In this document: in pieces, positions 13,466 to 24,150 of the stretch
How positions within the stretch are numbered: the stretch's first letter is position 1
Layout: the number at the start of each line of letters is the position of its first letter
Source: Phoronis australis
Lineage: Eukaryota > Animalia > Phoronida
Assembly: GCA_002633005.1 (NCBI GenBank)
Contig: NMRA01000231.1
Location: 144,473 to 208,472, forward strand
Length of the DNA stretch: 64,000 nucleotides
Direction: 5' to 3'
Position numbers and translations under genes: made by a program
The notes under the pieces: model-generated
Told to the model about the DNA's origin: nothing
Seen by the model: only the letters and a program-made list of their open reading frames with translations
The model's database searches: none

Positions 13466-14591
13466 GTAAGTTGAGTTCATTTATTATTTCTAAATCTCCC
13501 AAAAATTTCCATTTTGCCGTGGCATAACCACAAAATGGCTTGGGCAGGAATTTTTGTGAGTTCCTTTCTCAATTTCGTGACGTAAAACTGTGAGTCACAG
13601 TGCCTTTTTCGTTTTTATTTCTTCCTGGCCCTGGTTGTCATTTCTAATGTTTATTCGTTTCAAGAATAATACCAGAAGACAAAAATTACAGTTATAAGTG
13701 CTGAAAACCTTACACACTTATTACTGTTACCCGTGCGAAACAATAAGGAAGGGAAGCTCGGAAAATTTGGACAAAACCACCTAACTCGACTTGTTGACCT
13801 GCTACTGAAGGTTAATGTGTCCGCTAATACCATTTGACGAGTCGCGGGATAGTAGCAAATCTTGAGAAATCAAACAATGACAGTGTTTGTTACTTCTTCA
13901 GCATATTAAAGCCTTCAAATACTATAACAATGCTCAACATTCGTTGGGTAAATTTAGATGCGGGAAGAGAGGACCAGAAAATTATGTACAAATTCTGTAT
14001 ACATAACTGAGACAACATATTTTATTACATCAAATAATAAAAATAAGCATCATTTATCAGTGTGAGTATGTGGCATAAATTTGAGCATCATGTCCTGGCC
14101 ACATTGAGTATACCCCGGTATAAAAAGTTTCTGATCCCTTACCGGTTTGTGTGTAGTCTGCAAAGGTAATCAGAGCCATTGTTCTTGAAAATTTTAGTTG
14201 TGAATTGACCTTTTGCTGCAGAATGGTTATCACTTGAGCATGAAAAACTCTCAAAGAGGCATCAAGAAAGGCTAAAAACTTGGTGTTCGGATTTCCTCTC
14301 ATCATACCAGAAGTTGAAAGGGAAATTCAGACCTCCATTTGTAGTGAGATCATCCTTTTTTGTTTTCTATTGGAATAAACATAGAAAACAGCACAGTGAT
14401 GAATTTTAAGTGTCTAGTAAAACTTCATGTACACAACAAGGGATCAAGTGACCTAAATATTACTTGGAAATGAGAGTGTTCCTGCCACAGACTTTCAAAA
14501 TGACCACACGAAGCAGTCAGAGCAAGAAAAGTACCGTACCTTTGTTTTTTCAGGTTATATACATCTGTGAAGGCCTGACTTCCTCGTGAAA

Positions 14592-14704
14592 ATGACTGCA
14601 ATGGAATTATTTGGCTGTGCGTTCACAGCATTTGGACCAGCATTCTTTATGTTCTTCTTTACAGTTGCTCATGATCCTGTAAAGATCATAGTGTGTATGG
14701 CTAG
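14592..14704 (+). CDS. APH1: Gamma-secretase subunit APH-1, coding exon 1
   Basis: MTAMELFGCAFTAFGPAFFMFFFTVAHDPVKIIVCMA matches the Aph-1 N-terminus (FGC.F.AFGP...F.FTVA.DP...I). Acceptor at 14553, donor ag|gtaagg. Confidence 0.95.
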
Positions 14705-16182
14705 GTAAGGTTTTGAATGAATTGTTGGTATAATTTAAAACAGAAATATTTTCTGCTAAACTGTTGATTTAAAAAGTAAAGCTGCTGTAAACCTGGACCC
14801 GATTATATATTGGATAGCAGGGCCTTCAACGCCTTGATTTTGGAACGGAATATCGAACCCATTCTCTCTGAAATATTTTTAAAGGCACATGAAACTTCCC
14901 TTTTCAGGCCTAAAAATGTACCTCAAACTATTAAAAATCCCTCAAGGTTTGAATCACTTGTAACTCACACAGGAAACAGTACAAAACATTACTATTGGCT
15001 AATTGAGACGGAGCTGCTGGGAAGGTTGGATAGGGGAGAACTTCCGCTTTGCTCGTAAAAGTCTCCTCTCAGAAAGCACACAAACACCTTTCTCCTGGAT
15101 AGCAACAATGATGTTGTATTAACACACGTCCCATTGCTATTATTGAGCAATGTGCTTTTACATCATCAAAAATTAAACTTTTCCGGCAAGTTTACTGGGC
15201 TGCATGAAACTTCAAAATTTTTCCTGTGTATTCCAGTTGCGATGAAAAATGCAATGCTCAACAACAAATCTGAATGTGAAACATCATGTTTGATATCCTG
15301 CGTGTAACGTTTATACAACAGTGCCCTTGCTTTTGTCAAAAAAACTATCTGGTGAATAAGAAAATCTTTTTATGTCTGTGGACACTGACCATTATTAACC
15401 TACTTGACCTTGTTGCTTGTAATTTCAGGGGCCTGTTAATGAAAAGTGACTTAAGGCTGACATAAGAAACTTAATATTGCACTCCTTCGTTAATATTGTT
15501 TACAGCTCAAAGCAGTTAGTTATAGTTTGTATAAAAGTTGTCTAGGATCGATTATTAATTTTGGGGGTGTATTCTTGCTCTTTGCGAAATTGTGAGTGAA
15601 TTTTCAGAAGAAGATGTTTGAAAGTGACTTCAAATCTCTTTTCATGAAGCAGGCGATTGGACTTGAGAAGATCTTGTCTGACAGTTTTCCATTGCTTGAG
15701 ATCATGAGGGCCCTATCAGTGTCTGAATGTCTCATTTGGAGATTTTAGGCACCACGCGTGTTCGAAAGCAACAACAAACTGTCAGTTCTTTATAAACAGA
15801 CTCCAAGTAAGAAAATTTTTAAGACTAGGAGTATCCAAGGTCAAAAGTTACTCTTTTATCAATAGAAAGGTGATTTGTGCCATCTTTAATTCTATACACT
15901 GCATATTACTTTCATATTTTTTCTAAACGAGAAGGATGCTCCCAATTGTTCTCAAAGAGATTCTCATAATTCTGTACATGTTCAGGATGAAACATAAATG
16001 TACTATCACTTCATCAACCAATGGGTGATTTGTTTACAACGTGAAAGTAACCAATCACAAACATTGTTCCTGAAAAGCACCACACTTTTTGCCTAATTAC
16101 ATAAGGTTCACTTGCCAGTTTGAGTGACAGGATTCAGCAGCCATGCTAACATTAAGTGAAGTTCATCATTTGTTCCCTGTAT

Positions 16183-16258
16183 GGCCTTGATAGTTCGGTG
16201 GACAGCGTGTCGGCTTAATGTTCGGAAGATCGTGGACTCGATTCTCAAGTTGGGATAG
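16183..16258 (+). mobile_element. tRNA-derived SINE head or tRNA pseudogene
   Basis: A-box-like tagttcggtgg and B-box-like ggactcgattctc at tRNA spacing. The stems are mismatched, so this is not a functional tRNA. Confidence 0.55.
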
Positions 16259-16514
16259 GCAAAATTTTAAATCTGGCAAATGAAGCCTAATGAGTGCAAG
16301 TACAAAGCATTCCAAAAACCGTTTTCTTCTGAAAACAAATGTTCTGATTGTCTTCGCACTTGTTAAAACTGTGACTCTTAAAATTCTTCATTATCTTTCT
16401 CATAACCCACTTAGTGCAGTGTAGCTACTGATTGTCTCGATGAATATCCTAGCTCTGCTGTGACTGCAGACACTGTCAGCGTGCCAGTGTAGTGTATTCT
16501 TTTTGTGATTTCAG

Positions 16515-16670
16515 TGCCTTCTTCTGGATGTTGTCTATCCTCATCTCGTCGTTAATATGGCTGCCTATGAAGTTATCTACAAGTACCACAGAAGTAATAT
16601 TACCCATCGGAGTCATGCTGTCTGTGCTCATTCAGGAGCTGTTCAGATTTTTGTTCTACCTCCTACTAAA
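16515..16670 (+). CDS. APH1: APH-1 coding exon 2
   Basis: AFFWMLSILISSLIW...SVLIQELFRFLFYLLLK (conserved QE.FR). ttcag| ... |gtaagt. Confidence 0.95.
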
Positions 16671-17976
16671 GTAAGTAGCCAACATTTGTGGTAATTTCTT
16701 AAAAAATTAGAATCCAATAGGACAGAAAAGTTCACTTTTAATTTCCCATTTTCTATGAAATTTATATGTAGAAAAACAACATTTTGAGTCTCACTAGTCA
16801 TTGTGTCTGAATCAATGACGTCACATCTTAGTAAGCGATTTCTTAACACAGTCGCATTGTTAGAAATGGCACTTATACCACGGGCTGCCACAAACTCGTT
16901 CTGTGCCAAAACAAGTTTATTTCCTTAAAGAATCCGTCTTTCATTGCAAGTTTGAAAACCCTTGTTTACTCACTCCAAAGATTTACAGGCATGGCGAGGT
17001 CACGTGAAACTGCCTGATTGACATATGTTTTCCAGAGCAGCAATGATATTTTCATTGGCTAACAGTGCCTTGACACAGGAATCAAGAAGCTGCCGATGTT
17101 CTGTGCTCTGTGCGCCACATAAAAAGTATCAGTGCAGCAAATTTTTAGGGCCAGGCGGAATCGATAAACTTATATATTTTACTTTGCCTCATATCTAAAA
17201 TACAAGAACTGACTCGCCACATTCTGAACACACATTTGTTCGCCACAACGTCAGCGTTTGAGTTGAAATCGCGTGCAACTTTTCCTGCTAACCATGTCAC
17301 TCAAACTTGATCAAAGAGTGTTCAAATATGCACCACGCCCGCCCTCAGCCACAGTTTGAATCCAGAGTCCTTGGACAGGTTTTAGAATTTAGGCCAGTGT
17401 TTGTGTATAGTGATGCATAGGTCACAATTGACGTATCGTTTGCATTGCGAGGAATTTCTTGGAATGTGAAAAGTACATTCTCTTTGTAAGATTAGATAGC
17501 TAAAGAATTCTCACTTTTATAAAACTAAGCCAAGAGGGGGCGCCATCTGCCTAATAAACGCACTATTTTTGTTCTACACTTGGCAGAAAGTTTGTCTGCT
17601 GTGCCAACTCAAAATGGGACTTATGAGTCCCAAAAAGTGTGCTATTTAAAAAAAAAAACTGGGTGACCTAACTTTGTGCTGGGTGACTTTTGTGCAGCAC
17701 AATTTATAAAAAGATTTCTTTAAAAACGCATTATTATTAGATAAAGGGCATGGACCAAGATAAGAGTATTTACGAAAATGGATTAAGTGCCAATACTATG
17801 TTTTGGTACATAGTATGATCATTTGAGAGGGTATGTAAAGAAATATTTGTCAATTAGTTATGTTGGCTTTATCATAGGTCAGTGCAGGTCCACCAAAGTG
17901 ACAAAGATGTCAAATTGAATTTGCAAATGCATTTGGGACATTTTTCCTAGTTGATGATCTCTGTTTTCATTTTTAG

Positions 17977-18062
17977 GAAAGCTGGAGAGAGCCTTGAAAA
18001 GATAGGTCAAGCTGGACAACAGGGACCAACTATTGTGCACACAAAGTCAACACTGGCCTTTG
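17977..18062 (+). CDS. APH1: APH-1 coding exon 3
   Basis: KAGESLEKIGQAGQQGPTIVHTKSTLAF; ttttag| ... g|gtaacc; phases fit both neighbours. Confidence 0.9.
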
Positions 18063-19730
18063 GTAACCTGCTTGTTCATGTATATTCAATATTTGCAGTA
18101 CAACTCATGAATATTTTGTAGAACATTCGGCAATGAGGCAGACTCCGAAGTGGGGTGCGGCTGTCCCGCATCCGTCCACTTGATGTCCAAACAGGGCTTG
18201 TTCAGCAAAATATTTGTGAACTGAACTGTACTGCTAGTTTTCTAGGAAACACAACATGCGTAGTGAAATATTGAACTTGCTTAAAACTCGCCTTTGGTTT
18301 TTTTCATTGATTGTTTGATTGATTTGTTTAATGGGAACTGATTAGATTAAGGGATGAAAAACGTGTTTTAAGAATTGGTTTTCTGTTAAATCAATACATT
18401 TCTTGAAGTTATTAGCTTTGACCAGATCTATAAAACAGCAAAACCTGTGGGTTCAAATCCATCTTGAGGCTGATTTCAAATGCACAACAATAATGTCACT
18501 TTAATGTTAATGTCGTTAGACCAGAAAAAATATTAAAATGCAGTACAATTTAATGGTGTGAAAAACTGGTGCAAACAGACAGACATACACACTTAAAATG
18601 AGGATATTATTAAAGTAAGGTATAAAATAGTGGATGTTAGGAGCATGCAGCAAAGTGGCCTGTCACTGACACTGCCTTTCTTAAATGTTGTGCTGTTTTA
18701 GTTTTGCAAGTAAACTCTCTGGTTATTTTTTTATTTAGAAATATGGCTTGTCTGTCACACTGTAAATTTAAGTTGAGGTGTACCTTTCTTTTTTGTTAAC
18801 TTTTACTGAAAAGACATTTGTTACATGACTCAGTTATTTGCACATTGGTAGAAAGTCAAAAGCAAATTCTACGGGCTTTCTACTTTCAGAAAAAATCATT
18901 TACTGAGTTGAAATCTATAGTTTTGTAGACATTTCGCTTAATATGCAGACTTGCATCTTCCTCTTATGCTGCTACCATTTTCAATAAAGGTTGACTTTTA
19001 TAAAGACTTTTAAAAAATATCCTGTCAAAGGTCTTGTTGATAATGCATAATTATAGTTTGTCAAGTCAAGGAATTGAACCCATAATCCCATGCTTATATA
19101 CATTGTTCTTTAACTTCAGCCGCCAAAAGGTGGCACACCATCTTCCTGGCATTTTGGTCTGATGTACTGACATTGGTTATATGTCAGAAAATACCTGAAA
19201 TCCTTTTTGTTGTGATATTCTACAATAAGTACAGTGCATGCTAAAGACAATTGAACAAAATTCCATTGAGATTTTTTTGAACAGCAAAGATCGATACATT
19301 CACCTGCCACACCATTGATTTATGGGGTATGGGTCCTCTAATCCGCAATCCAGAAAGTGTCATGTAGGCAGTCATCTTGTTTACTTGGCAGTTGGCATTA
19401 GATAAATGCTATCAGTTTAGACGTATTCATGAATAAACTAATTACTTTTAATTGTGTTTTTTTGAAATGTTACAAATTGCAGTGATCTCTATCAATCGTG
19501 TAACGTCTGCTGTCGTTGATTTTCACAATGGCTGTTAGTTTACAATCGTTTGCGCTCTCTGTGGAAAGGTCATGTCCTCCACCAGCAACACTGATCTTGA
19601 AGTTCCCCATGCAGTCATACCTCCTGGCCGGGAATTCTGCTTGGTCATCAGGTCTTGTCGTTTTTAAGGTATACTGTACTTAAAATGTTTCATAAACCAC
19701 CTGCTTCTAAATCAAATTTCTTTATTTCAG

Positions 19731-19853
19731 TTTCAGGCTTTGGCTATGGCCTTATTGCCGGCATCTTTTCTCTCATCAACGTTTTGGCGGACATGTCAGG
19801 ACCTGGCAGTATGGGAATCAATGATGACCCGCAAGAGTTCTTCATCGTCTCAG
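19731..19853 (+). CDS. APH1: APH-1 coding exon 4 (GxxxGxxxG helix)
   Basis: VSGFGYGLIAGIFSLINVLADMSGPGSMGI is the Aph-1 TM4 GxxxG signature plus GPG. Confidence 0.96.
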
Positions 19854-20639
19854 GTAGCTAGCGTAATAATGGTCTCAGATGGTTGTTACCATGGAAACAG
19901 TGTTGCACAGGTCTCAACATCAGTCAAGTGCAGATGAGAACCAATTATGCTTGGCTTTTTTGGCCCATACCTGCTTATTACTCTCAAGAGTTTTGTTTTG
20001 TCCAAAGATTGTGCAGACTATGATAAAAGTTTGTCATGTTTTGGCCTTCCATAATAAGCCATGGCAGTTTTAAAACAAGTGGAGTCATTTTAACGCAATT
20101 CATTTTTAAAAATTATTTGGCAAACTTTAAGAAGGTTGTTGATGGTATTAACTTTGACGTAACTACGGGAGTGATTATGATTTATCAATTTTTTGAAGCC
20201 GCATTTTTTTGAATTCCCATTAATTTAATTTTTTTCATAAAAATATCTTTACAATCATCGGGTGTATTTGGTCTTTCAAGGCCGTATCATTATATTCATA
20301 ACCTTTGAAATTGGTTTATCGCATCGAATTTCCCTCACAGCCATGTTGCCTTAACAACTGAAGCTATCCCCCATTGAAAATCGTCCAAATTTGGTGGCTA
20401 ATTTCAGAACATCAGATCACTGAAATGGATGGTCTGATTCATGTTTTTGAAATGTTCCACTTATGCTTGGGTGCTGTCATATATAGCACTTTTATGACCT
20501 GTCTGCAAGTAGCTACATAACTGTACAAACAATCTTAAAACATTTGAATCTTGACCAAAACCATGGTTTCGTTGCCTATTGAATGTTCATGTTTGCAATA
20601 TCGATACATGGGTTTTATAATTTGACATTTGAATTGCAG

Positions 20640-20767
20640 CTTTACTGACGCTGTGTTTCATCTTTCTACACACCTTCTGGGGTGTCGTCTTCTTCTATGC
20701 ACTGGACAACAAGAAGTACATAAGTTTTGTGGTAGTAATCCTGTCACACCTGCTCGTCTCTGGTCTG
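20640..20767 (+). CDS. APH1: APH-1 coding exon 5
   Basis: LLTLCFIFLHTFWGVVFF...VVILSHLLVSGL carries both conserved intramembrane His residues. ttgcag| ... |gtgagt. Confidence 0.96.
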
Positions 20768-21242
20768 GTGAGTGCTGCCACCTTTTGTTCTGTCATGTGT
20801 ACCAATAATGTGTGGCAAAAATTATTTGATGTACTGCACTATGGCGGAAAAATAATGGAATTTTGTTTTATTAAATTTCCAGAAATATAACGTTCAAGAA
20901 AATTTTACTTCGCTCCACATATTTTATACAGTAGATGTAATCAACAATGTTTATCATATTACTATGTGCTGCAAAGTAGTCGACCTTTATAAGACAAAGT
21001 AAAATATGTCATTCTTGTCGATTTACGTCCCATTTTTCACAACAGTTTGATGCATTTTTGCATTTATTTCAAACTCAGTTTTTTTTGGTTTCCTAAAACT
21101 AGTTACAAAGTCTCCAATTGGGTTAAACTCTAAGGAGTGTAGAAATGTTGCAGAAATGAGGTGTTGGGAAGTGTTTCTGATCCATATTTTTTCATCAAAA
21201 TTGCAATGTTTAGTGTGTTGGAATAACCGGTTGTTTCAAGTC

Positions 21243-21478
21243 CTGGAACCCATTTCAAGAAAGCTGACTTAGCTAAGACAAATCTTAAACTTCAGCCAAT
21301 TTTGAAATAGAACTTAAATTTGTCTCAAGCCCATTTCAAGGAAGAGATCTTAAAATTGACTTTAAAAAGTTTTGTCTTAATTTTGACTATTAAAGTTACC
21401 AGATGTGGAAGTTTCAAAATTTGGAACTTGAGACAAATCTTAGACTTAAGTCAGAAATGAACTTAAGTCGGTTTCTTG
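21243..21478. mobile_element. Degenerate palindromic MITE
   Basis: Internal inverted matches (aagaaagctgactta / taagtcggtttctt; atttgtctcaag / cttgagacaaat). Confidence 0.55.
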
Positions 21479-21699
21479 CTACTAGTGGCGACATTTGTTT
21501 GGGAATTTTATATTGTTTTCCTTCTTACTGTGCTTCCAGTGGTGCATTGTGGGATTTTTGCACATTCATTTTTATGCACCCACATATTTATATGTGGGCT
21601 CATTATGCCGTCATCCCTGTTCCTCCGTCTCCAAATCCCTTTGAAGTACGCAATTTTGCACATGTTTCATTCATGGATGGGACGGCGTGAGCGAATTTT

Positions 21700-22960
21700 T
21701 GGACGGATGCAACTCTCAGTGTGCCCCCTGTTGGCAATTTTAGTTTTTCACATTTACCTCATAGGTCCTCATGGGATTGTTGTAAAATTTCTCAAATAGG
21801 TAATTTTATCTATTAGTAAGATGACGCTACCTTCCCATTTTCTTATAGATTGAAGGTATTTTGTGCCGCTTTGTGGTCATTCTTACTGTTTTTGTTTTTT
21901 TGGGGCTCTCCCTGCTATCAACCAAACCAAGGATGTTTGTAAAAATTGGCATATATGTTCCTAACTGTAAGACGACTGGTGATGATTTTCTAACAAGTTT
22001 GACTACTGTTGGGGCTCCTAGTGACAGTTGTTTGCACCAATACCTGTGTCTCCTAAACCCAATGCAGGGTCTTTATGAAACTTGGCAAGTATATTTAGAT
22101 GATGTTGACAACGGCTGGCGACGACTTTTGGACAGATCTGACGAATGCTGTGCCCCCTAGTGACAATTTCATTTTTTCCGTTTTCGTCTGTTTCTTTGAA
22201 GTTCTGTGACAGATCTTTGCGGATTTTGGTAAATAGCTTTCTATGAAAGAAACAATGACATGTTCTGTATTCGGTTGGATTCGATGTATTTTGCACCATC
22301 TAGTGGCCATTTTTTACTATTTTCTAGTCTGTTTTTGTCGTTCGCCCCTCTGTCAACCAAACCACTCTAAGAATGATTTTGAAAATTGGCGTTTATGTTT
22401 CCTCTGTGAAGAGAATGGCTGATGATAATTTTTGGACCATTCAGTGGTGCCTCCTAGTGGTATTTTTTGCGTCTATGATTGTATCTCCCAAACCCTTTGC
22501 AGGATCTTTATTAATTTGCCTAGTGTATTCATATGAAGTTGACAATTTATAAGGACGCCCTTTGGATGTATCCAACTACTGCAGCTGTACTCTGTAGTGG
22601 CAGTTTTTTTTTTGCGTCCACGGCTGCATCTCTTGTACCCTTTGCAAGATTTTTGTGAAATTTAGCAGATGTGTCCCTATGGAGATGGCAACACGTGACT
22701 TTGAGTTTCAGATCAGTCCAACTACAGCTGTGCTCCCTAGTGGCAATTCTATCTCCTAAACCCCTGTTAACTTGACAGAAGTTGGACAGATTTTACTACC
22801 GCTGTGGTTCCTAATCGCCGTTTTTTCTATTTGCCCAGCTGGTATCTTTGGAGTTCTTTGATGGATTTTCATGAACTTTAGCAAACAGTTTTGAGAGGCG
22901 ATACCTTCCCATTTTTGGATGGGTTCAATTTACATATTCTGTGCCAACTAATGGTCATTT
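21700..22960. repeat. Degenerate satellite array, ~143-bp period, each unit with a CTCF-like core
   Basis: Cores of type gtgcccccTAGTGGc start at 21721, 21863, 22011, 22150, 22293, 22447, 22587, 22730, 22804 and 22941. Confidence 0.85.
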
Positions 22961-22962
22961 TT

Positions 22963-23847
22963 CAGTGGCGGATCTAGGATATCACAAGGGGGGGGCCCAA
23001 CATTTTTGTCCGGCTGTAAACATTTGCGCAAACTGAACCACGATTGTAGATGCGCATAGCACCGAATGGGGGGAGGTCGGGAGGGGGGNNNNNNNNNNNN
23101 NNNNNNNNNNNNNNNNNNNNNNNNNNNNNNNNNNNNNNNNNNNNNNNNNNNNNNNNNNNNNNNNNNNNNNNNNNNNNNNNNNNNNNNNNNNNNNNNNNNN
23201 NNNNNNNNNNNNNNNNNNNNNNNNNNNNNNNNNNNNNNNNNNNNNNNNNNNNNNNNNNNNNNNNNNNNNNNNNNNNNNNNNNNNNNNNNNNNNNNNNNNN
23301 NNNNNNNNNNNNNNNNNNNNNNNNNNNNNNNNNNNNNNNNNNNNNNNNNNNNNNNNNNNNNNNNNNNNNNNNNNNNNNNNNNNNNNNNNNNNNNNNNNNN
23401 NNNNNNNNNNNNNNNNNNNNNNNNNNNNNNNNNNNNNNNNNNNNNNNNNNNNNNNNNNNNNNNNNNNNNNNNNNNNNNNNNNNNNNNNNNNNNNNNNNNN
23501 NNNNNNNNNNNNNNNNNNNNNNNNNNNNNNNNNNNNNNNNNNNNNNNNNNNNNNNNNNNNNNNNNNNNNNNNNNNNNNNNNNNNNNNNNNNNNNNNNNNN
23601 NNNNNNNNNNNNNNNNNNNNNNNNNNNNNNNNNNNNNNNNNNNNNNNNNNNNNNNNNNNNNNNNNNNNNNNNNNNNNNNNNNNNNNNNNNNNNNNNNNNN
23701 NNNNNNNNNNNNNNNNNNNNNNNNNNNNNNNNNNNNNNNNNNNNNNNNNNNNNNNNNNNNNNNNNNNNNNNNNNNNNNNNNNNNNNNNNNNNNNNNNNNN
23801 NNNNNNNNNNGGGGGGGGCCCGGGCCCCCCCCCTAAATCCGCCTATG
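22963..23847. mobile_element. GC-rich MITE (CAGTGGCGGATC family) spanning an assembly gap
   Basis: Ends cagtggcggatcta ... taaatccgcctatg, poly-G/C tracts, ttttt on both flanks (possible 5-bp TSD). Confidence 0.65.
23089..23810. other. Assembly gap (N run)
   Basis: Run of n flanked by poly-G. Confidence 1.
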
Positions 23848-23985
23848 TTTTTATGATACAAATAAACACCCCTAGAAGCAGCACTGTTTGTGGTGCAGTC
23901 GTGCGTCCTCGTTGCTCTTGTTTGTATTATCCTGCATCTTGATGTTTTTGATAATGATCAAGTTCACACTTCATCTCTCTTACAG

Positions 23986-24150
23986 ACCCTCCTCAATGAC
24001 CAGAAACCTCCATTGTATGTAGGTTCCATTATACCAGCGTTTGTCGTCGCCATTGGTATGGGAATATGGAGTTACATCACTGCTGGTGGAACAGTTGCCA
24101 GCCTGAAGGCTTTCTTCACTCACAGGCAATCCGCTATGGTTGTTGATTAA
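23986..24150 (+). CDS. APH1: APH-1 coding exon 6 (terminal)
   Basis: TLLND...YVGSIIPAFVVAIGMGIWSYITAGGTVASLK...VVD* (conserved W...AGG). Acceptor ttacag at 23985. Confidence 0.95.
   Translation, partial: TLLNDQKPPLYVGSIIPAFVVAIGMGIWSYITAGGTVASLKAFFTHRQSAMVVD

Larger units (their letters stand above)
21569..23922 (+). mobile_element. HINE / DINE-1 / pearl-like non-autonomous Helentron with central ~143-bp tandem array, interrupted by a MITE and a gap
   Basis: 5' end tttttatgcacc with hairpin cccacata-ttta-tatgtggg (21579-21598) and a decayed (gtcc)-like tract. Central degenerate tandem units. 3' end gtggtgca (complementary to 5' tgcacc) ... ctcttgtt. This architecture matches described HINE/pearl elements; the family name is an inference. 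Confidence 0.6.
14592..24150 (+). other. APH1: APH1 gene span, CDS join(14592..14704,16515..16670,17977..18062,19731..19853,20640..20767,23986..24150), 771 nt, 256 aa
   Basis: All introns are GT-AG and phases are consistent (2,2,1,1,0). The spliced product is a 7-TM Aph-1 family protein. Confidence 0.95.

Noticed and set aside
16183-16258. Functional tRNA gene
   Set aside because: Acceptor and T stems do not pair and the B box is mutated; kept only as a tRNA-derived remnant.
21700-22960. CRISPR-like repeat/spacer appearance
   Set aside because: The repeats are degenerate, the 'spacers' are homologous to each other, the context is a eukaryotic intron, and there are no cas genes.
22974-23861. 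Long ORFs of 256-295 aa
   Set aside because: They are artefacts of translating through the N gap; the same applies to 49013-49398.
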